A stretch of DNA of 59,678 nucleotides from a virus. Its lineage: Duplodnaviria; Caudoviricetes. The notes beneath the pieces are model-generated. The model was not told where the DNA came from. It saw only the letters and a list, made by a program, of their open reading frames with translations, and did no database searches. Positions 17,538-27,999 of this stretch are shown here, piece by piece. A program made the position numbers and the translations under genes. Where the stretch lies: positions 1 to 59,678 of IMG/VR virus record IMGVR_UViG_3300037182_000030; one strand, given 5' to 3'. Position 1 is the first letter of the stretch. Every line of letters starts with the position of its first letter.

Positions 17538-19289
17538 ATGAAAATCATACTGAAAACGGTGCCCGCATCCTCAAAGTTCAAAGCGGGCGACACCATCGAA
17601 GCTACCGGAGCAGAACTTGACGTGCTAACCGAAGCCGGGCACGAATACATCACGGCATCAGAACACGCGGCGAATGAAAAGATTCGTCTGCAAACCGAGC
17701 GCATGGTTGCGCGGCGCGAAGCCAACGTGGTCAAGGCCATCGAAGGCGGCATCCAGCGCGGCGCGTTCCTGCCCAAAGAGGACACAGCCACGGTCAAAGC
17801 CAAGGCTCTGAAGATGGAAGAATTCAGCGACGGCATGGGCGTTGAATACATCGAAGGGCTACCGGCAAAAGCCAGTGGAGCCGACCCGCTCAAAGGCCGC
17901 AAGCTGACCGGCACAGACGGCGAGGGTGAACAAATCCGGGCTGGTGATTTGAGTTTCCGCGACACGTTCGCGGCTTACGTCACGGCGAGCGAGCCGTTTG
18001 CAAAGTGCCAGCGCAACGGCGGCATTTATGCCAAGGCCATCAGCGGCAGCGAAGGCGAAACCACTAAGGCAGTCGAGGAAGTCTCTGCGCTTTCCCGCAA
18101 AAAGACCGCCGTGGTTCAAAGCATCTACGACATGGTTCGCGCCGGCGCGGATTACAAGTGGGCAGACGTGGTGAAGGCCGCAAGCTATTCCGATCCTGCT
18201 TCTGGCAACCCTCTCGGTCAACTGAACCCAGATATGCTCGTCATCAGCAATTTCGGATTCTTGGAGCCGCAACTTGCCCCGCTTGACGACATCACGACAG
18301 ACTGGAGCGACCTGGCAATGAAGTTCGAGCAAACCGCACTCTCACGTTACCTCAAGGTGCCCGGCTTCCAGGCCAAGGCGACAGGCTCGCAATGGTCATT
18401 CGCCACCGGAGCGAGCGTGGATGTGAATGTTCAAATGTCTCATTACATCGGCGCAGCTTTGGCATGGGATGAAAATGTGATGGGCGCGACGACTCGAAAT
18501 CTGCCCGTTGAATTCCGCACGCCGATGCTTTCGTCCATTGGCCAAGCCATCCTTTACTACCTCATTGATAATGCCATCAATGGAAATACCCGGTTGACCA
18601 ACCTTGGGACAACTTCCTCAACCATCAAACCGAACGGAAAGCCCGACGGAATCAATGCCGGTTCAACCTTCAAGCTGAAGGGTGTTGCTGGAAAGACAGA
18701 CATCGGGACTTTCACTTCCGATCTGCCGACTGCGATGGACTTGGCTTTGTTCCCCGGCGGTGACGAGGATGAAGCCAGCCGAGACTTGAGCCGCTGGGCT
18801 TGGGTGCATTCGACTGTTTATGCCGCCGCCACTCGCGACCCGGCTTTGCTCTTGAATCAGACGCTTCAACGCCTGGAAAACAAGATCAATCCGAACGTGC
18901 TAGCAACCGGAAAAATCAACCGGCTCGGCAACATCATCTTCCGCAAATCGCAACTGGTTTCCGACCAGAACACGCTTGCGGTTGACCCGAACAACGCGAG
19001 CGCGCAGATCGTTGTCCCCGGCGATTACACCAAGGCATCCGTGCTTGGTTTGGCCGGGACGCGCAGCAGCTTGGTGTTCACGAGCCGCCTGCCGGTTGAC
19101 TACACACAGGGGCTTGGCGTTACTGGCGGTTACGCGACGGAGATAATGACCTCGCCGAAGATGGGAATCAAATTTGTGCTGTTCAAGTTCCTTGACCACA
19201 AATACGAAACGGCGAACATGGTTCTAAAAATCATGTTCGGGACGGCACTGGGCGACGAGCGCCAGATATTCCCGATGGTAAACCAATAA
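17538..19289 (+). CDS. Major capsid protein (with N-terminal scaffold-like region)
   Basis: Position after the protease; size; followed by a strong hairpin. Confidence 0.65.
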   Translation: MKIILKTVPASSKFKAGDTIEATGAELDVLTEAGHEYITASEHAANEKIRLQTERMVARREANVVKAIEGGIQRGAFLPKEDTATVKAKALKMEEFSDGMGVEYIEGLPAKASGADPLKGRKLTGTDGEGEQIRAGDLSFRDTFAAYVTASEPFAKCQRNGGIYAKAISGSEGETTKAVEEVSALSRKKTAVVQSIYDMVRAGADYKWADVVKAASYSDPASGNPLGQLNPDMLVISNFGFLEPQLAPLDDITTDWSDLAMKFEQTALSRYLKVPGFQAKATGSQWSFATGASVDVNVQMSHYIGAALAWDENVMGATTRNLPVEFRTPMLSSIGQAILYYLIDNAINGNTRLTNLGTTSSTIKPNGKPDGINAGSTFKLKGVAGKTDIGTFTSDLPTAMDLALFPGGDEDEASRDLSRWAWVHSTVYAAATRDPALLLNQTLQRLENKINPNVLATGKINRLGNIIFRKSQLVSDQNTLAVDPNNASAQIVVPGDYTKASVLGLAGTRSSLVFTSRLPVDYTQGLGVTGGYATEIMTSPKMGIKFVLFKFLDHKYETANMVLKIMFGTALGDERQIFPMVNQ

Positions 19290-19300
19290 CAAAATTAAAG

Positions 19301-19328
19301 GCCGCTCTCCGGTAAAACGGGGAGCGGC
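19301..19328 (+). terminator. Hairpin after the capsid gene
   Basis: GCCGCTCTCCG-GTAAAA-CGGGGAGCGGC. Confidence 0.45.
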
Positions 19329-19366
19329 AAAACTAAAAACCAAAAAACATCAATCTGAAAATCACC

Positions 19367-19915
19367 ATGAAAAATAAATTCATCATCCTAACGGCGGGGC
19401 TGGCACTGATTGGCACGGTTTGCCAGGCGCAATACAACGTGAACACGTTTGGGGTTACTACTCCAATCAACAGCACGCTTGGAAACCTGACCATCGGGAC
19501 AACGACGACGAATGGACTCTATACGCAGACCATTGCGCCAACGTCCACGGAAACAAATCTGGTTTGCCTGAATCGCGGATTTAACAGTGATACGATTTCG
19601 CTGCAATTCTCGGCTGGCGTGATGGCATCCAGTAGCAGCAACACGGTTGCATTTGTGTTGAGTTCGTCAACGGGCTACATCCCGATTACAACGACCGCAA
19701 ACACGAATTGGAATCAATCCACATCGCCCCGAATGTCATTTGGAACCGTTACGCTGGCGTTTGCAGGAACGTCGGTAACGACCAACATTGTGCTTGGGCC
19801 GACGACCGGCTATTGCGCCGGGACGAAGCTCTACGTTGAAACCATCGGCATGGGCACAGCTTCGACCGGGAATTTCCTGACGAATTACAGCGTCAGCGCA
19901 ATGCCTGGCAAATAA
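19367..19915 (+). CDS. Thr/Asn-rich protein with Sec signal peptide
   Basis: MKNKFIILTAGLALIGTVCQA|Q. Confidence 0.7.
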   Translation: MKNKFIILTAGLALIGTVCQAQYNVNTFGVTTPINSTLGNLTIGTTTTNGLYTQTIAPTSTETNLVCLNRGFNSDTISLQFSAGVMASSSSNTVAFVLSSSTGYIPITTTANTNWNQSTSPRMSFGTVTLAFAGTSVTTNIVLGPTTGYCAGTKLYVETIGMGTASTGNFLTNYSVSAMPGK

Positions 19916-19979
19916 CCGCAGTTCGCCGCCGGCCTTTGGGTATCCTTTCCCACTGGCCGGCGGCTTCTGGATTTGAATT

Positions 19980-20687
19980 ATGCCGAGTAATTGGATCACA
20001 CCAACGAGTTTTCAACTCGCCGCCGTTCTCAACTCGGCAGTCATGGCCAAGGCAAATGAGAACACGGATTCTGACACAGTTGAGCAGTTGCAAGTCAGCC
20101 CGCCGCAGCAACCGATAGCTTTCAATCCAGACCTTGCTGACAGGGCGACGGATTTAATCAATCTCGTCGTCGCGCAAGTCCGCGAAGCAATCCAGATTGC
20201 CGGAAGAATTCCGCTTTCCGTTACACCAGCCGCAGTCCCGCCGAAAGCCGTCCGCCACGTTTTAAACATCGCCGCATTTCAACTCATCAATTCCACACCG
20301 AATTTGCAGATGGTCATCATCACGGAAAAAGGCGCTTCGATGCCTTTCCAGACGTTTTACAAAGAGGGGCTGGCCTACATCGAAGGACTGGAAAAAGGCG
20401 CGGGCTGTTTGCCGCCATCCGACCCGACAGGAATTGACTACCTGACCGCAGTTGACCCGAACACAAATCCGGCAGTCAGCGCCGTCCACTCGCTTCCAAT
20501 CATCGGAGAGATTGACATGAGCACGGACAACGCACTCGGAGGCAGAAAGCACGGCGGCACAACTCCGCCAAACGGTTTCCAATGTGGAAACATCGGCGAC
20601 GTGTATGAGCAAAAGGACGCCAGCGGAGCCATCCTGAAAATCTGGGAAAAGACTTACGGTTGGGGAAATAACATTGGCTGGACATGA
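19980..20687 (+). CDS. Head-tail adaptor (Mu gp36-like)
   Basis: Position; V...VR.AI....P......VP.....H.L.IA. Confidence 0.5.
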   Translation: MPSNWITPTSFQLAAVLNSAVMAKANENTDSDTVEQLQVSPPQQPIAFNPDLADRATDLINLVVAQVREAIQIAGRIPLSVTPAAVPPKAVRHVLNIAAFQLINSTPNLQMVIITEKGASMPFQTFYKEGLAYIEGLEKGAGCLPPSDPTGIDYLTAVDPNTNPAVSAVHSLPIIGEIDMSTDNALGGRKHGGTTPPNGFQCGNIGDVYEQKDASGAILKIWEKTYGWGNNIGWT

Positions 20688-20869
20688 AAACCACGGCACG
20701 CATCATTGAACGGGTGAACTGCCCTGCGTGCGATTTTCCGTTAAGCGTCGAAAGACACCACGCCCGGCCAATTTGCTTTTGCATCACGCAAGGCTGCTCG
20801 CAGTTCGGAGTGAAATTTTACGCGCCAGTGACCGAGATAAAACTTGAGCCGGTGGAAAAGAAGCCATGA
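20684..20869 (+). CDS. Small zinc-finger protein
   Basis: CPAC...C....C. Confidence 0.5.
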   Translation: MKTTARIIERVNCPACDFPLSVERHHARPICFCITQGCSQFGVKFYAPVTEIKLEPVEKKP

Positions 20870-23364
20870 CACTTTTGGATTCAAATGAGATTTTGGAAGC
20901 CAGCGAACAGGCTGGACATCCGTTTCATGGGAATCAGTGGACAGTAAATCGGATGGTCGGAGAAGAAATGCAGACGCACACATTTTCAAAAGGAGAAAAG
21001 GTTGCGGTGTCATTCAACGGGAAACATTATCCGGGCAAGGTTGTTGGAATCAGTCACGCGATACGAAAAGCGACCATTGAATTTCCAAAGCCCGGCGGAA
21101 CCTACCGAGCGCAGCACGATTTCGGGACTATTTACAAACACACCGAACCGGAAAGCGCACCAAAGGATGAAACAAAAAACCGTGCGGCCCTCGACAAGAT
21201 AATTGACCGCGTGAACAAAAAAAATGAACCGGAAGGCGGATGGTCTGACAACGACAAAGTGCCGGTTGAATTTCAAAGCTATCAAAGCAAAGCCAGCGAC
21301 ACGCGGCGGGAAAGCCTGGCCAATCGTCTTGGTGAAATCATTTCAGCAGTCCACGTCAAAACCTACACGGAGATCAGGAACGGAAAATCGGTGACAGTCC
21401 GCGAGCACGAGGACAAGCGCACGAAACAGGACAAGCCGCAAGCCGCGCCAAAGCCTTTGAGCATGGAAGAAATCAAAGACAAGGTGAAGTCGGCAATCGA
21501 AACCGCAAAGGAAAAGGTCGGCGGCGCGCTTCAAAAGCCAGTCGTGCAAACGGAAGAGGAAGATCGAGACGCCGCAATAAAATCAATCAAGGACAAAGAA
21601 TTTCCGATTACTGATTCACAATGGTTTGACCGTGCTCGCGTGAAACTTTCCCGATCTGCCCAATCCAAAAGCCTCTACGCGCAAATTCAACTCGACCCAA
21701 AAAGCTATGAGGCGGCGAAGGGGTTGGAAAAGAAAGGCTCCTACGGATTTGAAAAAGTGCGCGCCGAAGACGCCGCCGAATTTGACGAGAATAAAGCCCT
21801 GCCAGATTTCGCTTATGATGATGCGGTGATAGTGGACATTCGCATAAGCGACCATCCCGCAACCGAATCAGCAAAGAGCGAGCCAGATATTGATATTCGG
21901 ATTGGAAGCGAAAGACTTCAGCGCAAAGATGGCCGACCTGATGCACCGGATTATCGCTTTCCAACATGGCAAGCGGCGATGGATGCCTGCGTGGACATTG
22001 CAAGAAAATTCAATGGCGACGTTAAATCACCAGCCGAAAAACCAAAGCTGCAAACCGACACTCCCGAATTCAAAGCCTGGTTCGGAGATAGCAAGGTGGT
22101 GGACAAGGACGGGAAGCCGCTGGTGATGTATCACGGCACAACGAAGGATTTTACCGAGTTCAAAAACTATGAGGAGTATGGCGGCGGACACGGCGAAATC
22201 CATTTCTTCACCACGAACAAGGATTACGCAAATGTTTATGCCGAGGACAAGGGGAGCAAAGAGGGCGGCAACATCATTCCGGTTTATCTGCGCTCTGAAA
22301 AACTATTCGACACAACCAACCCGGCGCACATGGCATTGGTAAAAAAATCATTCAGGGCTGATGGCATGGAGCCGTGGGAACAAAAGGCTTACATCGAAGA
22401 TTATTTTCACAAGGGATTGCCGCTTTGGGATAACGGAGACATGATTCGCATGGCGCAGAAAAACGGATTTGACGGAATCAAAATGGTTGAACGAAAAAGC
22501 GGAATTGAATCCATCGGCGTGTTTTCACCAAACCAGATTAAATCTGCAATTGGAAACAAGGGCACCTGGAGCCGAACGGATAACAACATCACCGCCACCG
22601 ATCATTCCGTTGACATCACCGAAATGATTCAAGCCATCCGGCGCGAGCGTCTTTCCCGCCGAATCACCGAAATAGTGAAGTGTGCGAATTCTGAGACGAC
22701 CCCCTTCACACCCGCACAAACAAAGGCCAAAAACGCGCAGGCTCGCCAACTTTCAGAAGCCATTTACGAGGCGGCGGCAATCGCAGCAGCACACAAAATC
22801 GAGGCGGACAAAAAGGAAAAGCGAAAAAAGGAAATCGCCGCCATCCTTTTGCTCCTGCTTTTGGCCGGGGAAGATGCCTACCTGAAAATATATTCCACGC
22901 TCGGCACGGACGGATTGAAAAACGCGGACGAAACCCAAATCGGCGAACAGGCCAAAACCTTCGCGGCTAGCCGTCAGGAAAACTTGCAAGAATTCGCCGG
23001 CAAACTCCGCGATGCCATCGGAGAAGCAAAAGCCGAAGCCTTTGGAATGCCGGAAGCCGACGCCGCGCGCCACGTCCGGGAAGCCGCCGTAAAAACTTCA
23101 CAGGTGATGATTGACGTTGAAACCACTTGCACACTCGGCAGCATCGAGATTGACCGGCTGAAGCGCGCTGGCTTTCGCACGGTGATCTGGGACCAATACG
23201 ACCGCCCGACAAAACGCCACTCACACGCTGAAAACATGGAGCTTGGAGTTGTGCCGCTAGGAACCATGTTCCCTTCGGGGCAGCAATATCCGGGCGACCC
23301 GCGCGCTGGCGTCGGAGAAACTATAAATTGTTTGTGTGTCCTTCGAGGAGTTGACCGCGAATGA
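20866..23364 (+). CDS. MuF-like head morphogenesis protein with inserted ADP-ribosyltransferase-like domain
   Basis: C-terminal W....D...R.SH......F......PGDP......INC.C; internal FKAWFGDSKVVD.DG.PLV.YHGT...FFT...YA...PVYL. Confidence 0.7.
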   Translation: MTLLDSNEILEASEQAGHPFHGNQWTVNRMVGEEMQTHTFSKGEKVAVSFNGKHYPGKVVGISHAIRKATIEFPKPGGTYRAQHDFGTIYKHTEPESAPKDETKNRAALDKIIDRVNKKNEPEGGWSDNDKVPVEFQSYQSKASDTRRESLANRLGEIISAVHVKTYTEIRNGKSVTVREHEDKRTKQDKPQAAPKPLSMEEIKDKVKSAIETAKEKVGGALQKPVVQTEEEDRDAAIKSIKDKEFPITDSQWFDRARVKLSRSAQSKSLYAQIQLDPKSYEAAKGLEKKGSYGFEKVRAEDAAEFDENKALPDFAYDDAVIVDIRISDHPATESAKSEPDIDIRIGSERLQRKDGRPDAPDYRFPTWQAAMDACVDIARKFNGDVKSPAEKPKLQTDTPEFKAWFGDSKVVDKDGKPLVMYHGTTKDFTEFKNYEEYGGGHGEIHFFTTNKDYANVYAEDKGSKEGGNIIPVYLRSEKLFDTTNPAHMALVKKSFRADGMEPWEQKAYIEDYFHKGLPLWDNGDMIRMAQKNGFDGIKMVERKSGIESIGVFSPNQIKSAIGNKGTWSRTDNNITATDHSVDITEMIQAIRRERLSRRITEIVKCANSETTPFTPAQTKAKNAQARQLSEAIYEAAAIAAAHKIEADKKEKRKKEIAAILLLLLLAGEDAYLKIYSTLGTDGLKNADETQIGEQAKTFAASRQENLQEFAGKLRDAIGEAKAEAFGMPEADAARHVREAAVKTSQVMIDVETTCTLGSIEIDRLKRAGFRTVIWDQYDRPTKRHSHAENMELGVVPLGTMFPSGQQYPGDPRAGVGETINCLCVLRGVDRE

Positions 23365-23786
23365 ACATCAGCTACAAATTCGACGAAGCGAAGCTAGAAA
23401 GGGATTTGGAAAAAACTCTAACGCAAGTCCAAGACCCCGTTGAAGAGACAATGGCAAAAGCGTTTGAAGATTGCACCCGCGCCAATTTCGGCATGGTTGG
23501 ATTTGAACGTCCGAACGACTGGCCTCCGCTTTCACCGTCTTACGCTTTGAAAGTTGGACGCACTTACGCCACGCTCCAAGTCACTGGGGCGATGAAATCT
23601 CAATTGCGAACGGAAGGGAATGTCGTCAAACTCACTGACGACGAAGTGAATTACGCTTTGAAACATGAACGGGGCCGGGGCGTTCCCGTGCGTTCAATCT
23701 TCCCGATGCTGGGTGGAGAATGTATGCCGCTCACATTGGCTGATGTTATTCGCGCAGCGGGAATGAAGCTTGACCAGATTTTATGA
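23361..23786 (+). CDS. Virion morphogenesis protein (Mu gpG-like)
   Basis: NF....RP..W.PLSP.Y....L..TG.....YA..H..G..VP.R..FP. Confidence 0.75.
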   Translation: MNISYKFDEAKLERDLEKTLTQVQDPVEETMAKAFEDCTRANFGMVGFERPNDWPPLSPSYALKVGRTYATLQVTGAMKSQLRTEGNVVKLTDDEVNYALKHERGRGVPVRSIFPMLGGECMPLTLADVIRAAGMKLDQIL

Positions 23787-24343
23787 GCAACCCAAACGGC
23801 AACGGAAACCCAAGCCCGACGATCAAAGAGGACGCCGAGGCCATCCGCGCGCAACTGGACACCTACGCCAAACCACGCGGCGGACTGACAAAGGTTGTGG
23901 CAAATCAAAGCCATCTCTGGGAAGAAATTTACAACGGCGGTGTCATCGCGGAGCAACCGCGCATCCTGATAATCTGCATCGGCGAAACGGCTCGCGGAGA
24001 ATACGCGGGCGGACAGCGGACAAAACTCCACCGCGTTGACCGCAACTGGCAAGTCATCGTCATGCGCGGCCACGGTTTCAAAAACCTGATGACGGAAGGA
24101 ATCGGGCAGGCGGGAACGCCAGGAGCCATTGAAAGCTTTTACGACGCCTGCGAAACAATCCGCGACGGCATCCGAGTCATGTCCAACATCACGGCAGAGG
24201 ACTTGGTGAATTACAAAGGCATGAGGCCGCTGGCGAACATCGGGCCAACGCCGGTTGCAAATGTTTTTCTTGACTGTATTTGCATAGAATTCGATTGCGC
24301 GGCGGATATACCTGAAATTTTAGTAAATGGCACAACTGGATAA
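23783..24343 (+). CDS. Tail completion/terminator-like protein
   Basis: Position after the gpG-like gene. Confidence 0.45.
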   Translation: MSNPNGNGNPSPTIKEDAEAIRAQLDTYAKPRGGLTKVVANQSHLWEEIYNGGVIAEQPRILIICIGETARGEYAGGQRTKLHRVDRNWQVIVMRGHGFKNLMTEGIGQAGTPGAIESFYDACETIRDGIRVMSNITAEDLVNYKGMRPLANIGPTPVANVFLDCICIEFDCAADIPEILVNGTTG

Positions 24344-24393
24344 AACGACAAAAATAACTTGCAAACCAAACCCACAAACACAAAATTAAACCA

Positions 24394-24825
24394 ATGAAAA
24401 AAACATTCATACTTCTGACGATGGCGGTGATTCTTTCAACCGCGTTCAATCTGTCCGCGCAAACATTCGGCGGCGGCATTTCAATCACCGGCAGCACAAA
24501 CGCGCCGCTGGTTGAAGGCGGGACGGTCAACACCAACACCACCTACATGTCGTTCCCGTCCAAGACGGTCACACTTTCCCAAATCAGCAACACGAACGAG
24601 ACGGCTGTTTTTTCCTACGGCGTGAAAGTCATCGGCGCGAACGGAACGAACGTGGTTTTGATTGCTTCGATCACCAACTCATTTGCCTTGCCAGCGGGAA
24701 CAAACCAGTCCGGGACGGGGACGTGGACAACGAATGTTCCGCAGCAGACAATCCCCGTTCAGATTGTGCCATACGCCCAAGTGGACATCGGCTCCACAAA
24801 TTCAAACACGATTTACGTCCCGTAA
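24394..24825 (+). CDS. Thr/Asn-rich protein with Sec signal peptide
   Basis: MKKTFILLTMAVILSTAFNLSA|Q. Confidence 0.7.
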   Translation: MKKTFILLTMAVILSTAFNLSAQTFGGGISITGSTNAPLVEGGTVNTNTTYMSFPSKTVTLSQISNTNETAVFSYGVKVIGANGTNVVLIASITNSFALPAGTNQSGTGTWTTNVPQQTIPVQIVPYAQVDIGSTNSNTIYVP

Positions 24826-24843
24826 AACTCAACTCACAAAAAT

Positions 24844-25074
24844 ATGATTGCCAACAAAAAAGAGCTTTTACAGGCGGCGCAGATTGCAGCCGCGAAATGT
24901 TCGGCGGGTGAACACCTCGAAACCGCGAAGGCAAAGGTCGCCGCGTTTGAATCTCTCGGAATCCCCGACACTTACTTTCAGGAATTCGGCGGCTACTTCG
25001 ATCAAGCTTACGGGACTTACGAAGCGCTCGAATCGCAGCCAATCGTTTTGCCGGAAAAAATCACCAAACAATAA
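24844..25074 (+). CDS. Hypothetical protein
   Basis: ORF in tail operon. Confidence 0.5.
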   Translation: MIANKKELLQAAQIAAAKCSAGEHLETAKAKVAAFESLGIPDTYFQEFGGYFDQAYGTYEALESQPIVLPEKITKQ

Positions 25075-25078
25075 CGCC

Positions 25079-25672
25079 ATGAAAAATTTACTTTCAAACA
25101 AACTCACGCTGGCCACGATTCTTTTTGTCATGCTCGCGCTGATTCTTCTGGTGGTCGTCGCAATTCATCCGCACGCGACCAGCTTTCTCGCCATCGGCGG
25201 CGTCATTCCACTTTTGGGCATGGCCTGGCCGACGACCAGCACAACTGGAAACGGGAACGCTGCCGTGGGGCAATATCAGGCATTGGGAACCGGCACTTCA
25301 CTTCTTTGGGGGACAAACAACTTTGTTCCGAGCGGGGACGTTGCGGGATTTTTGACTGTCACAAAAATCACACAGAAGCCAATCATCGCCTTTAACGAAA
25401 ATCTTCCGAATGGCGACGGCTTAACAGCAGGAAAAGTAATCGGCCTTGATGGAATCCACACCGAGATTGAAGTCCGCGATGACATCAACCAATCCGTTGC
25501 CTTGCTCACAATTGGGAAATGGATTTGGATTCAAGATGGCGGTGGACTTTTTGGAACACGTTATGCGAAGTATAAAGGGATCATCGTGGACGCCGGATGG
25601 GATGCTGCGCCAAAAACCCCCGCCGGAAGAACGCTTACACTTGAATCGTTTGTGCTCATACCAAATATATGA
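25079..25672 (+). CDS. Putative tail tube protein with hydrophobic N-terminal extension
   Basis: Directly upstream of the chaperone and tape measure; N-terminal TM-like segment. Confidence 0.45.
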   Translation: MKNLLSNKLTLATILFVMLALILLVVVAIHPHATSFLAIGGVIPLLGMAWPTTSTTGNGNAAVGQYQALGTGTSLLWGTNNFVPSGDVAGFLTVTKITQKPIIAFNENLPNGDGLTAGKVIGLDGIHTEIEVRDDINQSVALLTIGKWIWIQDGGGLFGTRYAKYKGIIVDAGWDAAPKTPAGRTLTLESFVLIPNI

Positions 25673-26411
25673 CCCCACAAGAAGCGGAAAAGAAAATCAT
25701 CGAGACGCAGGCCAAACAACAGGCCGACGACAAAATCGGTTTGCAGGCGGCAACCGCAGCGCTCCCCGGCCCGCTGAAAGACGTTTGGGCGCTTGTGCCG
25801 GACATCCAAGTCGGCCCGTTCAAAGTCCGTCGTTTTGTGGACGGGGACTTTATCCGGCTCGCGGCATTCGATCACAAGCTGAACAGCTTCACCGCAGTCA
25901 GCGCATGGCTGGAAAATCCCGAACCGTCAGGCAAGGAAGCGTGGCTCTTGAATTGGATGCTCACCCGTCCGACGATGGAAGTGAAAGACGCCATCAAAGC
26001 CGGTCCCGAAAAAGTCCGCGAACTGGCCGAAAATGAATTCAGCGAATTGAGCGGGATGCAACTCGCGCTCATCATGCGCGCCATCGTCGAGCAGCTTGCC
26101 ACTTATCTCGGAACGCACGTCGAATACAAGCCGGCCACGGAAGGGGAAGCTGATGCAAGCCCCCCAGCTTCGTCCCAGCCTGCGCCGAAGGTTTAGGCTG
26201 GGTAGTAACGAAGGTCGGGCTTCTGATGGAGACTTACGGATGGAGCGAAGAATTTTGTTTGGATGAAATTGACGGCGCAAAATCATGGGTCTGGTATTAC
26301 AGGGCGGTTTCCAGCCGGGCGAGTGTTTGGGGAACCGGAGTGAAAATTGACGGGCTTGGATATGTCGGCAGGGAACGCGAACGATTAAAAGCAACAACGA
26401 AACAGCCATGA
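25669..26411 (+). CDS. Tail assembly chaperone (25669-26196) with -1 frameshift extension to 26411
   Basis: C CCC CCA slippery site at 26160-26166; the -1 frame is open into ORF 26226-26411 (LLMETYGWS). Confidence 0.7.
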
Positions 26412-26635
26412 ATATATCTTTTTTGGAAATGGGAATTGGCCTGTTAAGCTACAAGCTTGAAGCTGAAAACCCATTGCCAGAAAAAATATGGTTTATCAAT
26501 TCATGGGATACAGAATACAACACACCACTGAATTTAATCCGATTCAGGAATGAAAGTGACAGATACAAGCACATCCAAAATCTTTTGGATAAGTGGCAGC
26601 AATTAAAAAAACAACAAAACCAAAATGGGCGCTGA
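26408..26635 (+). CDS. AT-rich hypothetical (moron-like)
   Basis: Lower GC insert between the chaperone and tape measure. Confidence 0.5.
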   Translation: MNISFLEMGIGLLSYKLEAENPLPEKIWFINSWDTEYNTPLNLIRFRNESDRYKHIQNLLDKWQQLKKQQNQNGR

Positions 26636-27995
26636 AGTTTCAGTAGAACTTAAATTGGTTCTCGAAGGAGCCAAAAGACAAGCTGCGGAGTTTGCGAAAG
26701 CAGCCAACCGAATACTTTCGACATCAATAGGCGGCGACATGGGAGCGGTAGCGGCGGGGACAAACAAGGCGGCAGCGGCTCAAGAAAATCTTGCCAGAAA
26801 AACAAAACAGACAACCAGCGAACTCGCCAAGCAAATCGCCGAATGGAGAAAGCTTAATCCAGGTGGGATTGCTCCCGGCCAAAAAATCACTTTCGCAGAT
26901 CAACCCGGAAAGTCGTCAACCAGATTTTCAAGATGGTATCCGGGACAAACCGTTCCAATGACCGGAAGCGGACTGGCAACAAATCCGGCTGAAATTCTGG
27001 CGAAGCAAAGCAGTGATGCATTGCTTGGAAATCTGAAAAAGAATCTTGGTTACGGGATGGCAGATTTGAAGGCTCGAGGTCAGATGGCTCCGCATCTTCC
27101 GTCCGCTCAATTTCCAACACTGCCACATGCGCCGAAAGAGCCAGCGCCAGCATCGGGCATGATGGGTGTTATTTCATCAATGCGCGACGTAACACTTCCT
27201 ATTGGTCAACTGCTGGCATCATTCTACGTCATCATCCGGGCAATAAGTGCCGCTCTTGTGCCGCTGAAAATGTTCGCCAAGATGGTCATGCAGGCGGCAG
27301 AGGCGGCGCGCAAGCTTTACGCCAACGCCTTGATGAGCGGAATGGGGATCGGAATGACGGTCAAGCGGAACATGCTGGCAAACATTCTCGGCGTAAGTGA
27401 AAACGATATTTTTCAATTTGGGCGGCAGATTGCGGCTTTGAATGACCAGTTGGAAACAGCCTACCGGATCACGGCCAAAACAAACGCTTCGATGGCGACA
27501 ACTGGAATTGAATTCAAAGTGCTGGAAGCGAACATGGCCGCGCTCAAAGCGGAAATGGCCGACAAAGTAAGCCCGGAGACTGTGGGATTCACAATGATTC
27601 TTTCAAAGCTGACGGCGGCGACCACTAGCGCAATAGACAAAATAACAACGGCGCATCCTAAATTGGTGGAAATTGGAAAGCGCTCGATACTGCAAACCCT
27701 ATTTGGATTTGTCCCCGGAAGCGCTTTCGACGATATTCGACAAGGAGCCAAGGCAATTGGCCAGAACCAAATTGACAAGGTGGGATCACCGCAAGCCTAC
27801 ATGAAGCAAATGCCCGCCTCGGCTTGGGAGCGCATGGGATTGCAAGTGGGTGGAACCGGCGGGACAAACTACGCGGCGAAAACAGCGGACAGCACGGCTA
27901 AATCCGCGACATATCTTCAACGACTTTTAGAAGCCGCACACAAGGCCGGAAGAATGACCATCACGCGAGGCATGGCGCTTCCATCAGCACCGTAA
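26625..27995 (+). CDS. Tape measure protein (short)
   Basis: Ala/Met/Lys-rich helical protein after the chaperone; C-terminal A.KTA..T....L. Confidence 0.7.
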   Translation: MGAEVSVELKLVLEGAKRQAAEFAKAANRILSTSIGGDMGAVAAGTNKAAAAQENLARKTKQTTSELAKQIAEWRKLNPGGIAPGQKITFADQPGKSSTRFSRWYPGQTVPMTGSGLATNPAEILAKQSSDALLGNLKKNLGYGMADLKARGQMAPHLPSAQFPTLPHAPKEPAPASGMMGVISSMRDVTLPIGQLLASFYVIIRAISAALVPLKMFAKMVMQAAEAARKLYANALMSGMGIGMTVKRNMLANILGVSENDIFQFGRQIAALNDQLETAYRITAKTNASMATTGIEFKVLEANMAALKAEMADKVSPETVGFTMILSKLTAATTSAIDKITTAHPKLVEIGKRSILQTLFGFVPGSAFDDIRQGAKAIGQNQIDKVGSPQAYMKQMPASAWERMGLQVGGTGGTNYAAKTADSTAKSATYLQRLLEAAHKAGRMTITRGMALPSAP

Positions 27996-27999
27996 ATTT

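Noticed and set aside
13356-24343. Transposable Mu-like phage
   Set aside because: The head genes are Mu-like, but there is no DDE transposase or MuB, and the genome closes as a circle.
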